Shown: positions 11,343-22,311, numbered from the whole stretch's first letter. The stretch is 63,998 nt of DNA, filler included, from Stramenopiles sp. TOSAG23-2 (GCA_900128395.1; 5 parts of 5 records of this genome joined end to end with filler, not necessarily neighbours in it), one strand, 5' to 3'. The notes: a model not told the origin generated them from the sequence alone. Numbers and translations are program-made.

Positions 11343-12629
11343 TCACCAACCATGGATAATATCAACATTGAATACATTCATATTAATCAATATACGATGA
11401 TGTTTCAAATTATGAAATGGTATCGGGGATTGTGTTATATTTGCTGATCCATGGAACGGACTTTCATTCAATAACATGGTTCTATTTTCTTTTGTTGATG
11501 GATTTAAATAGATTAAAAACTCACCTGCTTTCATACCACTTGTTGTGTAGAAAATATTATTATTATTACCATCGCGAACGTCTGTGAGAACATCATCATC
11601 GCATAACGATGTTTCTGTTCCACCATTGTCTGTAATGATCAATGGATTCATGATTACATCGTACAATGGAACCCATGCAACAATTTGTATATTCTTTTGA
11701 TATGTATTGGCTGTATCACAATGTAAATTTACAGTTTCTATGTTTGTATGCGACGCAAATAATTCAAAGCAACGAAGATGGTCATTGTGATGTTCCTTCT
11801 CCAATTGATGATTCTTCATGAAATTATTTTGAAACATGTTCCATGTCATTTCTTCAATTTTATTTACAATTTGTTTTAATAATAATGTTAATTTTGGAAA
11901 ATGTTCTAGATCATTCTTCTCCTTCGTATTATTATTATTATTATTACTACTACTACTCGTTGACGTTATATTGTTATTGCCACAAACATTTAAAATATCA
12001 AAAACATTATTCGGTATCTTTGGGTAAAATGTTCTTATATGCCCATCAATTTGAAATGGGTTTGAATGTTGTTTTGTTTCGATGATATGATCTAATTCTT
12101 GATTGAATGCATTGATATATTGTTTCAATATTTTATTATATGGCATGGTTTCGAAACGATGTGATAATAACGTAGGTACATTATTCATGTTTGTTTCTTC
12201 TTTATTCATAAATACAAAATTATTATGATTGAAATGATGACGACTATAAAAGCTATGTAAGTGCAATTCAATAATTTTTTTTCTATTTGTCTTCTCATTC
12301 TTCAATTCATCTGGTATTGGTGGGTCGTGTGTATATGTACCTTTATAACAATTTGTACTTCTTAAAAATGATAATGATGGACTAAAATTATCATTTATCT
12401 TTTTACATTTCGATTTCATATTATTATTAGTATTATTAGCTGTTATTTGATGAATCATATGACATTTTCTAGGTTTTGGTTTCAATGTTATAACATTGGA
12501 AGGGTGTGAATTATTATTAAATATTGAAGATGATAATGTTAATGCATAAATTATATTTATATATAATAATACAATGATGAATTGAATAATTTTCGTTGGG
12601 ATACAAATGGAGGAGGACGAAGAAGACAT
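11343..12629 (-). CDS. Signal-anchored protein with possible Fe(II)/2OG oxygenase (CmcJ/AsaB-like) C-terminal domain
   Basis: N-terminal hydrophobic segment; VNLHCD, IVAWVPL..V..NPLIITD, FYTTSGMKAGEFLIY, PFHGSA in family-like order. Confidence 0.45.
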   Translation of the reverse strand: MSSSSSSICIPTKIIQFIIVLLYINIIYALTLSSSIFNNNSHPSNVITLKPKPRKCHMIHQITANNTNNNMKSKCKKINDNFSPSLSFLRSTNCYKGTYTHDPPIPDELKNEKTNRKKIIELHLHSFYSRHHFNHNNFVFMNKEETNMNNVPTLLSHRFETMPYNKILKQYINAFNQELDHIIETKQHSNPFQIDGHIRTFYPKIPNNVFDILNVCGNNNITSTSSSSNNNNNNTKEKNDLEHFPKLTLLLKQIVNKIEEMTWNMFQNNFMKNHQLEKEHHNDHLRCFELFASHTNIETVNLHCDTANTYQKNIQIVAWVPLYDVIMNPLIITDNGGTETSLCDDDVLTDVRDGNNNNIFYTTSGMKAGEFLIYLNPSTKENRTMLLNESPFHGSANITQSPIPFHNLKHHRILINMNVFNVDIIHGW

Positions 12630-12958
12630 GTTTCGTTATGGGTTATATATATATTTATGTATGTATAGTTTTTATTTTTTTTTTCGTGTACAATGTTTTT
12701 CTTTTTATTATTGGACGTATGCATAAGTATATTGAATTACAACATATTAAACAAGAGTCCATTATAAAAGTATGATAGTTATCCTATAGGGGTGCAAAAA
12801 CCTGGGTCACAGTACTCACCTGCTATAGTGGTATATACACTACATAGCATTGTAATGGTATTACTATATTATATTTATTTACTAGGTACATACCATTGGC
12901 TACTGTCATTAATTTTATCAGTCCATTTTCGCAATTTGATGCTTATAACATAAAAGAT

Positions 12959-13058
12959 NNNNNNNNNNNNNNNNNNNNNNNNNNNNNNNNNNNNNNNNNN
13001 NNTTAATTAATTAANNNNNNNNNNNNNNNNNNNNNNNNNNNNNNNNNNNNNNNNNNNN
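12959..13058. other. Artificial contig spacer
   Basis: N-run, TTAATTAATTAA (stops in six frames), N-run; 100 bp. Confidence 0.98.
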
Positions 13059-13219
13059 TATTGAGAATGCGAATAGTATGGGAATAGCATTGAACACTAA
13101 TAGAAACTTTTACATATCTATTTTATTGACAAAGAATGTCAGTATTTATATTTATTGATGTATATATATAGATATAAAAATTTTAAATGTAGATTTATAC
13201 ACACAGACTTTATTATGGT

Positions 13220-13330
13220 TTGTAACAAGTTGTACAAACTGTCTGGAAATTTTTAGCTTGTTTGGTAGGATTTATTATTTCCTACCAAATGAAACAATAA
13301 TTTGGAGACAGTTTGAATAACTTTTTACAA
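13220..13330. repeat. Imperfect ~50-bp inverted repeat (foldback hairpin)
   Basis: ttgtaa.aagtt...caaactgtct..aaatt...tttggtagg pairs with cctaccaaa...aattt..agacagtttg...aactt.ttacaa around a ~10-nt loop. Confidence 0.75.
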
Positions 13331-14276
13331 TACATAACCAATTACATTTTCATAATTAACATCTAATTATACATATATTATTATTAGTAGCAGTATATAT
13401 ATATCTTATAAATAACATTTGCAACTGTTCAATTTTATCTTGTATTATTTAATTTATAAACAGTTGTCTTCAATAAATGGATTTTTATTATTATATATAA
13501 CATATTAATAATAAAAATCATGATATAAACAATTATCTCATAGAGTATCTAATTTAAATTAATCATATTCTATAATATATCTGTCTATGTATCTATATAT
13601 ATTTTTGTATATGTGTTTGTATCTGAAATATATGTTGTTTTTCTGAACGTTTATGTTTTCATGGCATTTTAGACGAGAATCCTTAAATATTATTTCATTT
13701 TGATAGGTGTCTATACTAATTACAATAAGAACAAAAAAATCCTTTGTAGACTAGCAAGTGCAAGATCCTATTTAAAAAGTGGAAAAACACTAAAAAATAT
13801 GAAAAAAATAACACTATTCATAATGGATGTTGGCGTTCTGGACCAGAGGTTTTTACTGGCAAGGAAAATCTCTGGTGTTTATGGAGGCAATTTTGCCCCA
13901 TTCTTCTTCCAGAAACTTAAAATTGCATGTGTTTGATTACTATTCTAATATCACTATTTTGATGTTCCTGATAGGGTTCATGTTAGCAATGCTGTGTCCA
14001 TACTATTACAGTATAAACCATATTTTCTGATCGGGATCCTCCTCATAATTTTAATTCTTCCTCAGCAATTATAAGCCATCCATCCATTTTAATTTGTATT
14101 TTACATGTGGTGGTATGATAGATATAGGTGCATAGATAGATAAAGGTAGATATATATATATATATAATACAATATAACATACTATTCCATCATAAATAAC
14201 AAAGAAGAGTAACAAATATAAGAGACAAACAGATATATATACCAGCAATATCCTGTTACCATTACCATTTTGAACC

Positions 14277-15008
14277 ATGTCAAAAAAACGACCACGTGCA
14301 CCATTAACTGGGCAAAAAGAAATTGATGGTGCTCAAGCACCAAAATTACCAAGGACAAACATGGAAAGGGATAAAGGTGGCAAACGTGTTATTGTCTTTT
14401 TAGACCAAGCATCGTTGGAAACAGTGAAAACAGCAAAAGGATATGAATTATTAAGTTGTGATGATCATAGACACTTGCATAAAAAATTTAAACGTAATCC
14501 AGCTGATTCGCGACCAGATATTTGCCATCAAAGTTTACTAGCTTTATTAGATAGTCCATTAAATAAAGCTGGTTTATTACAAATATATTTACGTACGACA
14601 AAAAATGTATTAATCGAGATCCATCCAACTTTAAGAATACCAAGAACAATCAAACGTTTCAATGGACTTATGGTACAATTATTACACAAATTGAAAATCA
14701 GAGCTGTGAATGGTCCACACGTTTTAATGAAAGTTATTAAAAACCCAGTCACACAACATTTACCAGCTGGTTCTCGTAAATATGTAACATCGTGTAAAGG
14801 AAAAATTGTTAATATGCATGATTTTGTAAAAACTTTGCCACAAGATGAACCAGTAGTATTTGCATTTGGTCAAATGTCACATGGTACAATTGAAAATGAT
14901 ACACCATGGGCAGAAGATTGCATTTCATTTTCTGAATATCCATTAAGTGCTGCATGCGCAATAGGACGTATGTTAAATGCATTTGAAAATCATTGGGGTA
15001 TTTTGTAA
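14277..15008 (+). CDS. EMG1: 18S rRNA pseudouridine methyltransferase Nep1/EMG1 (SPOUT)
   Basis: RPDICHQSLLALLDSPLNKAG, RIPRT..RF.GLMVQLLHKL, YPLSAACA. Confidence 0.97.
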   Translation: MSKKRPRAPLTGQKEIDGAQAPKLPRTNMERDKGGKRVIVFLDQASLETVKTAKGYELLSCDDHRHLHKKFKRNPADSRPDICHQSLLALLDSPLNKAGLLQIYLRTTKNVLIEIHPTLRIPRTIKRFNGLMVQLLHKLKIRAVNGPHVLMKVIKNPVTQHLPAGSRKYVTSCKGKIVNMHDFVKTLPQDEPVVFAFGQMSHGTIENDTPWAEDCISFSEYPLSAACAIGRMLNAFENHWGIL

Positions 15009-15277
15009 ATGTATATTTATGTTTGTCGAGATCATTATGATAATATGATATCATAATTATTCGCGTAAACTTCAGTTCGTAAATAATATTTCTGGGGGAG
15101 AGAAACTAAAAATTAAAATAAAAAACACAAAATACTCGTAAAATTTTACAAAAAACAATAAACTAAGGAGAGAAAAAGATTTTGCACACTCTTATCTCAT
15201 ACTGCGTGTATATGATGCGTTCGTATTATGATATTATTTTTTGTATGTACGAAGCGTTCGTATTTAATACACTCTCA

Positions 15278-17215
15278 TTACCCTTTCTTCCTTCTAAATG
15301 GATTGACACCACGTCGATATTTCAATAAAAGACTACCTTTACCTCTACCTTCTTTAAATGCTTGGACTTTCTTTGTCTTAATCGTAAGGAATTTTTTAGA
15401 ATTGACAACAATTGTATTCGCTTCTCTTAATTTTCTTCTTGCTCTAATATCATCTTGTATTTTTTGTAAACGATCTTCTTCTTCTTTTAATAATTGCATA
15501 TGTATCTGTTGTTCCTCACGAATCTTTCGCCTACGTTCCATCTCATCTTCTTTTCGTTTTGATAAATCATTTTCATGCGTTGATCGCATGTTAAAACTCT
15601 CTAATTCATTATGATACTCGTTGCAATTTGGGCAAAGTTTTGCATTCATGCTATATGAACCTTTAAAAAATCGATGATCACGAGCTTCACGTAAACAGAT
15701 CCGTTTTTCAGGATCAATGACTAATATTTTATCTAATAAATCGACCATATCTTCAGGATACCCTGAAAATGCTTTATCAATAGAACGATCGCAATGTTTG
15801 AAACTTTTTAACATTTGAACGCTTTCATTCGTAAAATTAGTCTCTAACAATTTTTCCCAATAAGATGCATCAGGAGTTCCACATAATTTTATAATTTTCA
15901 TCAATTGATCTATCTCTGAACTTCCAGGCAATATTGGCCTACCACTTCGTAACATCTCTGCCATGATACAACCAGCTGCCCATAGATCAAGTTTCGTATC
16001 GTATAATCCTTTCTTTCGCGCTTTTTGTCTTTTTTCTTGTAATAATAATTCCGGTGCACGCCAACATAAACTAACAACTTCTACCGTATATGGATTTCGT
16101 ACAGAGACTGGACCACCCATATTATTTTCATTGGGGCAAAAATAATTTAAATACCTTGGAGTTTCCAACGTTGTATTGAATTTAAATCCAGCACCTGATG
16201 TCCCTAAAGGAGATTTTGATGGTATAAATTCTCCTACATCGTATTTTGTTCTATTTTTATCATCTTTTGGATGATCATTATATTTAGTAGTAGTGAAAAA
16301 CAAGGGGTATCCTTTATTGCTTGGATGAGATTGATCAAATTCATAAATAGCAGGGCATAAAAGACGTAGAGCTATACGTGGTACTGCTACTGGAGAATGT
16401 TTATGCCATGGTCCCCTTGTCATCCAAAAACAACCATCAATAACACGAACGGTAATTAAAGTCTCATTCTTTGTTTCAATTAATTCTTTACGTGCCATAC
16501 CCCAATCAGCAAATTTAATTGTATGCGAATTTTGAGACAATAATAAATTTGCAGGCTTTAAATCACGATGCATAATTTTCCGTTCCTCTGCAAATATTAA
16601 TGCATTTAAAATTTGTTTCATATAACAACGAACGTGATCCATCGTTATAATCGTAGTTGGATTTGCTATAAGAGCACCAAAATCATAATCCACGTATTCG
16701 AATACAAGACAAATAGCATCTTTCCATTCTTTTGAATCTTCATTATCGTATTTTTGATCTGCAAGCACTACATCCAATAATCCAACTACATTGGGATGTC
16801 TTAAATTCATAGGCAAGACACGTTCTGATATTAAAATTTCAATTTCACGAATAGTAGTAATAGGAAAACCTTCATTATATTTTTCCGCCCAAGCCATTTT
16901 AATTTTTTTAATAGCAACTGGTTTGCCATCTTTTTTTCTCCTTGCTTTTGTTACCATACCATATTGACCTTCACCTAATATTTGTACCAATTCATATGAA
17001 TCGGAGCATTTTCTTTTAGTTAATGGAGTCTCTACACTTGTTTGTACAGGTCGATGTATTGGATATACTTTATTTAAAATATTAGTATTTAATAATGTTG
17101 AATGTGAACGATAAAATGTTTTCGTTGTTAAATTATTACTCTTATCCTGTTGTTGATCTTGTTTATTTACATATAAATTTAATTTATTTGTTACGTCATC
17201 ATTAAATTGAAACAT
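15278..17215 (-). CDS. Cyclin-dependent kinase, CDK9/CDK12 (PITAIRE-like) class, with large activation-loop insertion
   Basis: LGEGQYG, VAIKK, GFPITTIREI, HRDLKPAN, DWG, YT.EVVSLCWRAPE, DLWAAGC; ~125-aa insert between DWGMARK and PYT. Confidence 0.9.
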   Translation of the reverse strand: MFQFNDDVTNKLNLYVNKQDQQQDKSNNLTTKTFYRSHSTLLNTNILNKVYPIHRPVQTSVETPLTKRKCSDSYELVQILGEGQYGMVTKARRKKDGKPVAIKKIKMAWAEKYNEGFPITTIREIEILISERVLPMNLRHPNVVGLLDVVLADQKYDNEDSKEWKDAICLVFEYVDYDFGALIANPTTIITMDHVRCYMKQILNALIFAEERKIMHRDLKPANLLLSQNSHTIKFADWGMARKELIETKNETLITVRVIDGCFWMTRGPWHKHSPVAVPRIALRLLCPAIYEFDQSHPSNKGYPLFFTTTKYNDHPKDDKNRTKYDVGEFIPSKSPLGTSGAGFKFNTTLETPRYLNYFCPNENNMGGPVSVRNPYTVEVVSLCWRAPELLLQEKRQKARKKGLYDTKLDLWAAGCIMAEMLRSGRPILPGSSEIDQLMKIIKLCGTPDASYWEKLLETNFTNESVQMLKSFKHCDRSIDKAFSGYPEDMVDLLDKILVIDPEKRICLREARDHRFFKGSYSMNAKLCPNCNEYHNELESFNMRSTHENDLSKRKEDEMERRRKIREEQQIHMQLLKEEEDRLQKIQDDIRARRKLREANTIVVNSKKFLTIKTKKVQAFKEGRGKGSLLLKYRRGVNPFRRKKG

Positions 17216-17745
17216 CTTGTTTTGTGTTAATTATGGATCATATATGTTTTCTTGGCTAATAATGATATAAAGTTTCTATTTTCTTTTCTTTTCTTTTATG
17301 ATATTTTTTTTATTATTATAAAGGTGTAAAAATTCAATTCATCATTATTATTCGATTTTAATTTTTTCGACGATTTTCATCATATCATCGTCTTAGAATC
17401 AGGGTTGGTTCTCAGACTTTTTTCACAGACTTTTTTCTTGCCGTCTGGCCATACCACCGTGGTGGTATAGGCATTTTCACCAATCACAGCATTTTGATGA
17501 TGATGACTGTTATAAATATTATCAACATTATCATTGCAATACTGTATTATAATACAATAGTATTGCTATTACTGTATTTATAATAACTAGCTATATATAA
17601 TATATATATATATATATGATACATTAGTTTGAAACAATATAGTACATAAAGATAAATTTACATGTTTCAAAAAAGAAATACATGCATACATATGTATATA
17701 TATACCTATTTTAATATATTAATACATACATAGATATCATTGAAC

Positions 17746-20700
17746 ATGGGGAGTTATTCAAGTTTTTCAGCAATAATAAGTGTATATTGCATACTTTTAT
17801 GTTTTATTAGTATATTAAACATAATATCTGCAGATGACAATGTACAATATGATAACATTGAAATTTTTGCACAAACCGTTAACGGAATAAATGTAGATAC
17901 TATTTTAGACTCTTGTTATCGTGGAAGGTACAAATCACACACTATTGTAACACAGGATGATGAGACGTATAATTGGGGTGAGTGTGCAGGTTTTGTAGAT
18001 TGTCCTAAAGGTTTTTATTGTGTAAAAGGTTTAAAACACCCTTGTCCAGCAGGTACGTTTGGCAATGAAACAAAAATTTACACAAAAGCTTGTAGTAGCC
18101 TGTGTCCAGCAGGGTATTATTGCCCTGAAAATACGATAGATCCAATACCTTGTGGCGATGGTAATTTTTGTCCAGTGGAAAGTGCTACTCCTACCATATC
18201 GAAAGTAGGATATTATACTGTCGGTGAAACCTCAACGTCGTCTTCTGATACTCATTCGAATGAAAAAATATGTGAACACGGACATTACTGCATTAACGGT
18301 GAGAAAAAAATGTGCCCTGGTGGAACGTATGGCAATAGTACTGGATTATCTACTATATTATGTAGTGGAATTTGTCGTCCAGGATTTTTTTGTCCAGAAG
18401 GAAGCATACATGAAATGGAATGTGGCGGAGATGAATTTTTCTGTCCAGAAGGTTCTAGCCGTAGAGAACGCGTGCTTTTAGGCGGCGATATAGGGCCAGA
18501 TAATCATGATAAAGGAGCTTTTTATACATTAGGTGGAACGCCAGATGGTAGCCATAGCAAAAATGCTACGAGAAACGACCAGAAACGATGTCCTCAAGGC
18601 TCATATTGTGTTAATGGTGTGCGTAGACCATGCCCAGCTGGAAGATATGGATCTCGACTTGGTGAAGATAGAGCGGATTGTGCCGGATTATGTGCGGAAG
18701 GTTTTTATTGTCCAGAAGGTAGTACCAAAGCACATGAACGTGCATGTGGTGGTCCAAGTCATTTTTGTCCAGAAGGTAGTCCATCCCCTAAAAAAGTTCA
18801 GAATGGTTATTTTTCATACGCATCTCCAACAAAACATTTAATTGGTGCGTTTGGCTATCCTGAAAGTTCCTTCTATACCGCGATAAATACTACTAATACG
18901 ACGGGCTTAAGGAAAACTGCTGAAGCTATTTGTGATCCTGGTCATTATTGCGTCGATGGGGTAAGGTTGCAATGTCCTATTGGTAGATATGGATCTACAT
19001 ATGGGTTAGCAAATAGCGATTGTACTGATAGATGTGCACCAGGGTATTATTGTAACAAAGCAAGTAAAGTGATCGATGAAAATGAATGTGGTGGATCCCA
19101 TTTATTTTGCCCGATAGGAACGGGAGTTCCCAAGCACGTGCATCAAGGCTACTATACAATCGGGGAGACATTGACAACACGTTATGATGAGAAACTATGC
19201 GAATTAGGTATGTGGTGTAATCATACTACTGGTTTGCAGACTCAATGTCCAGCTGGTAGATATGGTGGTAAATATGGTCTATATAACGATACTTGCTCTG
19301 GTAATTGTACAGGTGGATATTATTGCCCACTAGGCTCAGTAACAGCACAACAAGAACATTGTGGCAATCCAAAATATTATTGTCCAATTGGAACGCCATT
19401 AAGACGACTTGTAGATAAAGGTTACCATGGTGTACATGTAGATGAACCACCGATATATTACGATGAGAAAAATTTATCAACAAATGAAAAAGGAAGACGT
19501 TTTGAACTTATTGAAGTTCCAGATACTCGTTATACAACATTTTCCCATCAAGAAATATGCCCATTAGGTTCATATTGCGTTTTAGGGATACGATATTTAT
19601 GTCCAGCTGGTAGGTATGGTGGCGTAACTGGGTTAAGCGAGGCTATATGTAGTGGTAATGTTTCTGCTGGATATTTCGGTCCACCTGGCAGTTCCTCGAA
19701 AACAGAACATGAATGTGGCGGTGCACAATATTTTTGTCCCTCTGGTTCTGGTTCTCCTTATCCTGTATCATTAGGACATTACACGTGGTCTCCTTTGACA
19801 ACATTAAGGAATACATTAAATACATGTCATTCAGCAAATACGCAAATTAGTGATAATTCTTTAAATCCAGATACAGTAAATGATATACATTCGACAATAT
19901 ATGGATATTTAACAACATCGCAAGGAGCATTGACACCAAGTATTATACAAAATCCAACAGATGGAAATTATCAATTATTAACTGGAGTTGAAACAACGAC
20001 GAATGGTATTGGAACTGGATTGAAGTTAAATCTAGAAATTACTGGCGGGCCAATCAATGGGGGAACCGGTAGAAAAAATGTTACTAGTGTTACTGTCCAT
20101 ACTCCAGGAATAAATTACAAACCGGATGATACCGTCACCGTTAGTCATACTTTGCTGGCAAATACAAAAACTGATCTGATTATTAGATTATTAGATAACG
20201 ATTTTGATACTGTATGTAAGCGTTACACGTATGATGCAAAATATTTAGCAATGTACAATGATTATGGTGGTGAAAAAGTTAGGACATGGCAGCATATTTG
20301 TCCACCGGGGACCTATTGTAAAGATGGACATTTATGGGAACATCCTCCCGGTCGTTTTGGACGTACAAACGGCTCATATCAGGTAAATGGAACGGGAGAA
20401 TGCCAACCTGGTTTTTACTGCCCTGCCGGTTCAACTTCACCACAACAAGTACCTTGTGGTGGTCCACACGTATATTGTCCACGAGGAAGTGGAAATCCTA
20501 CGCCAGTCTCACAAGGTTACTACACATCCATTGGGTGGAAATATATTTCAAATGTAACGCATCCAACAACAAGACATTTGCTAGCGCCATCTGATCATGG
20601 TGGATCCAACAACAATGTCAATACGTATGGAAAATCAAATATAGTACAAGGCAATAGTCATTTAAAGTATGAACAAAAGAAATGTGAAGTTGGACATTAT

Positions 20701-22311
20701 TGTGTCGATGGATTAAGAAATGCATGCCCAGCAGGACGATATGCGGAAAGCGAAGGGGCATATCAAGAATTTTGCGAAGGTCCATGTTCAAAAGGATACT
20801 TTTGTCCTCATGGTAGTTATTCAAGAACACAATATGAATGTGGCTCACAGAGAGGCTTAGATGCAACAGGGGTCAAAGATCCTACTGCATTGTATTGCCC
20901 GAGTGGAATGAGCATAGAATGTGACACAGCAACAACAATCACAACATTTTTCAATGGTAAATCCCAAAAATATGAATCAGTACCAGGGGCATATTGCCCA
21001 ACTGGGATGACCACGGGTTCTGGGGTGCCTAAAATTGTGAAACCCGGTTACTACACAGTTGGTGGCGAACATTTGACAAATAAAACTCGGTTTGCACAGC
21101 GTATATGCCCAGTTGGTCATTATTGTACATATGGAAGACGAATTCGATGTCCCGCCGGCCGATATGGTGGATCCGAAGGCTTGCCAAATATTTCCTGTAC
21201 CGATCAATGTGATGCCGGATATTTTTGCCCACAAGGCTCTTGGAATAAAGATCAAGTAAAGTGTGGTCTAGGAACACGTTCACCATGCTATACGCATCCC
21301 CCTGGTACTGTTGCAACATATCGGCCGTCTAGTGAAAGAAGATGTGAATATTATCAAGGTCAAATGTTTCAACCTGTTGAAATTACCGTGGATGGGATTA
21401 CCATTATTCTGAATATGTATACTAGAGAAAGCGGTCCGCATAATATTACATATTTAGTTCCTGGTGATCTTGTCTACATGTCCTGTGAAACATATAAAGG
21501 TTCAGACGGCGAATACATGGTTCTAAATGTGACTGCAAATCACATTGAATTCGACAAAGCACATGGCGTGCCACGTAATATTTGGACACCTCAAACGTGT
21601 ACATTGACAACGTATAACAAAGCAAGGCAAGGCGATGGGGAATACTATCGTTGGAATCACTTGGTCCAAGAATTAAATGATGATGGACCATGGTCCTTAC
21701 ACCATCAAGAGACGGAACATTGGTTAGATGATGCGCCACGCCAATACCATGACCCAACGTTAATGCCACTTAAACCGGGAGAGCACAACGAAGTAGTACC
21801 CAATGGTGCACGGAGTGGACGGTTTGTACATTCTCAATTAGCACAGAAATGGACAAATGCTCATCCACGACAATACCACTACCATACTAGAGTACGCCAT
21901 CCATCACGACATCGAATTCCGGGAGAATCACCATCTGTATATTGCCCGCGAGGCTCTGGTGTACCAACTCAAGTTGAAATGGGATGGTATACAACAGGTG
22001 GAAACGAGACTGATAATATGACAAGAAGTGGAGAAAGAAAGTGTGACCCAGGGTACTTTTGTGAAGGTGGCAAAAAAATACAATGTCCACCTGGAAGATA
22101 TGGCAAAAGTTATGGCGAAACATCGGAGTTTTGTTCCGGTTATTGTCCAGCTGGATTCTATTGCCCATGGAACACAACGAATCCAATTGAATGCCCACTT
22201 GGGACTTATAGTGGGCATGGATACTTTCAATGTATGCAATGTAAGCAAAAAAGCGATTACCATGTACAAAGTCAAACTTGCCGTAATAATCGGAAATGTT
22301 GTAATACGTAG
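17746..22311 (+). CDS. Secreted Cys-rich repeat protein (GCC2/GCC3, ephrin-receptor-like repeats)
   Basis: Signal peptide; many CP.G.YC..G....CPAGRYG...GL....CSG.C..G.YCP.GS repeats. Confidence 0.85.
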   Translation: MGSYSSFSAIISVYCILLCFISILNIISADDNVQYDNIEIFAQTVNGINVDTILDSCYRGRYKSHTIVTQDDETYNWGECAGFVDCPKGFYCVKGLKHPCPAGTFGNETKIYTKACSSLCPAGYYCPENTIDPIPCGDGNFCPVESATPTISKVGYYTVGETSTSSSDTHSNEKICEHGHYCINGEKKMCPGGTYGNSTGLSTILCSGICRPGFFCPEGSIHEMECGGDEFFCPEGSSRRERVLLGGDIGPDNHDKGAFYTLGGTPDGSHSKNATRNDQKRCPQGSYCVNGVRRPCPAGRYGSRLGEDRADCAGLCAEGFYCPEGSTKAHERACGGPSHFCPEGSPSPKKVQNGYFSYASPTKHLIGAFGYPESSFYTAINTTNTTGLRKTAEAICDPGHYCVDGVRLQCPIGRYGSTYGLANSDCTDRCAPGYYCNKASKVIDENECGGSHLFCPIGTGVPKHVHQGYYTIGETLTTRYDEKLCELGMWCNHTTGLQTQCPAGRYGGKYGLYNDTCSGNCTGGYYCPLGSVTAQQEHCGNPKYYCPIGTPLRRLVDKGYHGVHVDEPPIYYDEKNLSTNEKGRRFELIEVPDTRYTTFSHQEICPLGSYCVLGIRYLCPAGRYGGVTGLSEAICSGNVSAGYFGPPGSSSKTEHECGGAQYFCPSGSGSPYPVSLGHYTWSPLTTLRNTLNTCHSANTQISDNSLNPDTVNDIHSTIYGYLTTSQGALTPSIIQNPTDGNYQLLTGVETTTNGIGTGLKLNLEITGGPINGGTGRKNVTSVTVHTPGINYKPDDTVTVSHTLLANTKTDLIIRLLDNDFDTVCKRYTYDAKYLAMYNDYGGEKVRTWQHICPPGTYCKDGHLWEHPPGRFGRTNGSYQVNGTGECQPGFYCPAGSTSPQQVPCGGPHVYCPRGSGNPTPVSQGYYTSIGWKYISNVTHPTTRHLLAPSDHGGSNNNVNTYGKSNIVQGNSHLKYEQKKCEVGHYCVDGLRNACPAGRYAESEGAYQEFCEGPCSKGYFCPHGSYSRTQYECGSQRGLDATGVKDPTALYCPSGMSIECDTATTITTFFNGKSQKYESVPGAYCPTGMTTGSGVPKIVKPGYYTVGGEHLTNKTRFAQRICPVGHYCTYGRRIRCPAGRYGGSEGLPNISCTDQCDAGYFCPQGSWNKDQVKCGLGTRSPCYTHPPGTVATYRPSSERRCEYYQGQMFQPVEITVDGITIILNMYTRESGPHNITYLVPGDLVYMSCETYKGSDGEYMVLNVTANHIEFDKAHGVPRNIWTPQTCTLTTYNKARQGDGEYYRWNHLVQELNDDGPWSLHHQETEHWLDDAPRQYHDPTLMPLKPGEHNEVVPNGARSGRFVHSQLAQKWTNAHPRQYHYHTRVRHPSRHRIPGESPSVYCPRGSGVPTQVEMGWYTTGGNETDNMTRSGERKCDPGYFCEGGKKIQCPPGRYGKSYGETSEFCSGYCPAGFYCPWNTTNPIECPLGTYSGHGYFQCMQCKQKSDYHVQSQTCRNNRKCCNT

